Shown: positions 40,317 through 40,547 of the stretch, piece after piece | How the letters are laid out: each line of letters starts with the position of its first letter | Position numbering within the stretch: position 1 is the first letter of the stretch | IMG/VR virus record: IMGVR_UViG_3300021083_000286 | Span: 1 to 40,547 of that record | Source: a virus | Strand: one strand, 5' to 3' | DNA length: 40,547 bases | Program-made: the position numbers and the translations under genes | The notes under the pieces: model-generated | Seen by the model: the letters and a program-made list of their open reading frames with translations, nothing else | Told to the model about the DNA's origin: nothing | The model's database searches: none

Positions 40317-40491
40317 AATTACCACAGGTGATGAATACAAATGTGCTTTATGCAATGAAATATTTACATCAACTTGGTCACATGAAGATGCAATAGAGGA
40401 ATTTATTCATTCTAAATTCTTTATGGAAAATGAACCCTTGAGAGTAGTTTGTGATGATTGTTATAAAATCATGGGAGGAAATGATGACTAG
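40306..40491 (+). CDS. small zinc-ribbon-like protein (61 aa)
   Basis: CALC ... CDDC pairs; ORF track. Confidence 0.55.
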   Translation: MMIEITTGDEYKCALCNEIFTSTWSHEDAIEEFIHSKFFMENEPLRVVCDDCYKIMGGNDD

Positions 40492-40547
40492 TAATGAATT
40501 ATTGAGGCTGATATATGTACTTGAAGAATGTCAGGTTAACAGCGAAG
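40481..40547 (+). CDS. 5-prime part of the junction-spanning 51-aa ORF (continues at window position 56..144)
   Basis: GGAGG at 40474-40478, then ATGATG; the frame is continuous with window frame 1 across the 55-bp overlap. Confidence 0.5.
   Translation, partial: MMTSNELLRLIYVLEECQVNSE
40493..40547. repeat. second copy of the 55-bp terminal repeat (identical to 1..55)
   Basis: Direct comparison of the two ends. Confidence 0.95.

Noticed and set aside
1-40547. CRISPR arrays, rRNA genes, insertion sequences, introns or homing endonucleases
   Set aside because: I saw no regularly spaced direct repeats, transposase or endonuclease motifs, or interrupted genes. The only RNA gene supported is the single tRNA.

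Overview
The window is a complete, circularly closed genome of a short-tailed dsDNA phage. Positions 1..55 are identical to 40493..40547, leaving about 40,492 unique bp, and one small ORF runs across the junction. All family calls come from motifs read in the translated ORFs; no searches were run.

Plus strand (38090, through the junction, to 8553): about 35 mostly tiny early and middle genes. They include AlpA-like and Cro/YdaS-like HTH proteins, RusA, an SLT-like lysin with membrane proteins, a Sak4-like ATPase plus a DUF669-type SSB, and tRNA-Asn(GTT). The block ends with a translationally coupled Prs-like + Nampt-like pair. It is followed by two paralogous 284-aa genes, each with its own terminator.

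Minus strand (37775 down to 10730): TerS, nine small genes, TerL, portal, scaffold, P22-type coat, adaptor, nozzle and four internal/ejection proteins. A three-gene cassette in reverse orientation sits between portal and scaffold. The strand ends with an 11-kb, ten-gene host-recognition locus carrying five beta-helix (depolymerase-type) cap motifs.

I found no RNA polymerase, DNA polymerase, primase/helicase, integrase, CI-type repressor or CRISPR array.

Top findings:
- The Prs-like/Nampt-like pair matches the NARP1 (Adps-Namat) NAD+-reconstitution counter-defence architecture.
- An orphan tail-fibre tip domain (12679..12912) is under visible purifying selection but has no usable in-frame ATG.
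- The tailspike locus is mosaic, with several beta-helix units.
- The reverse-oriented cassette of acidic small proteins lies inside the morphogenesis operon, behind a 16-bp palindrome.
- A roughly 1.2-kb gene-poor region (2360..3618) has a GATC/AGATCT cluster, palindromes, a terminator with no gene upstream of it, and operator-like repeats.
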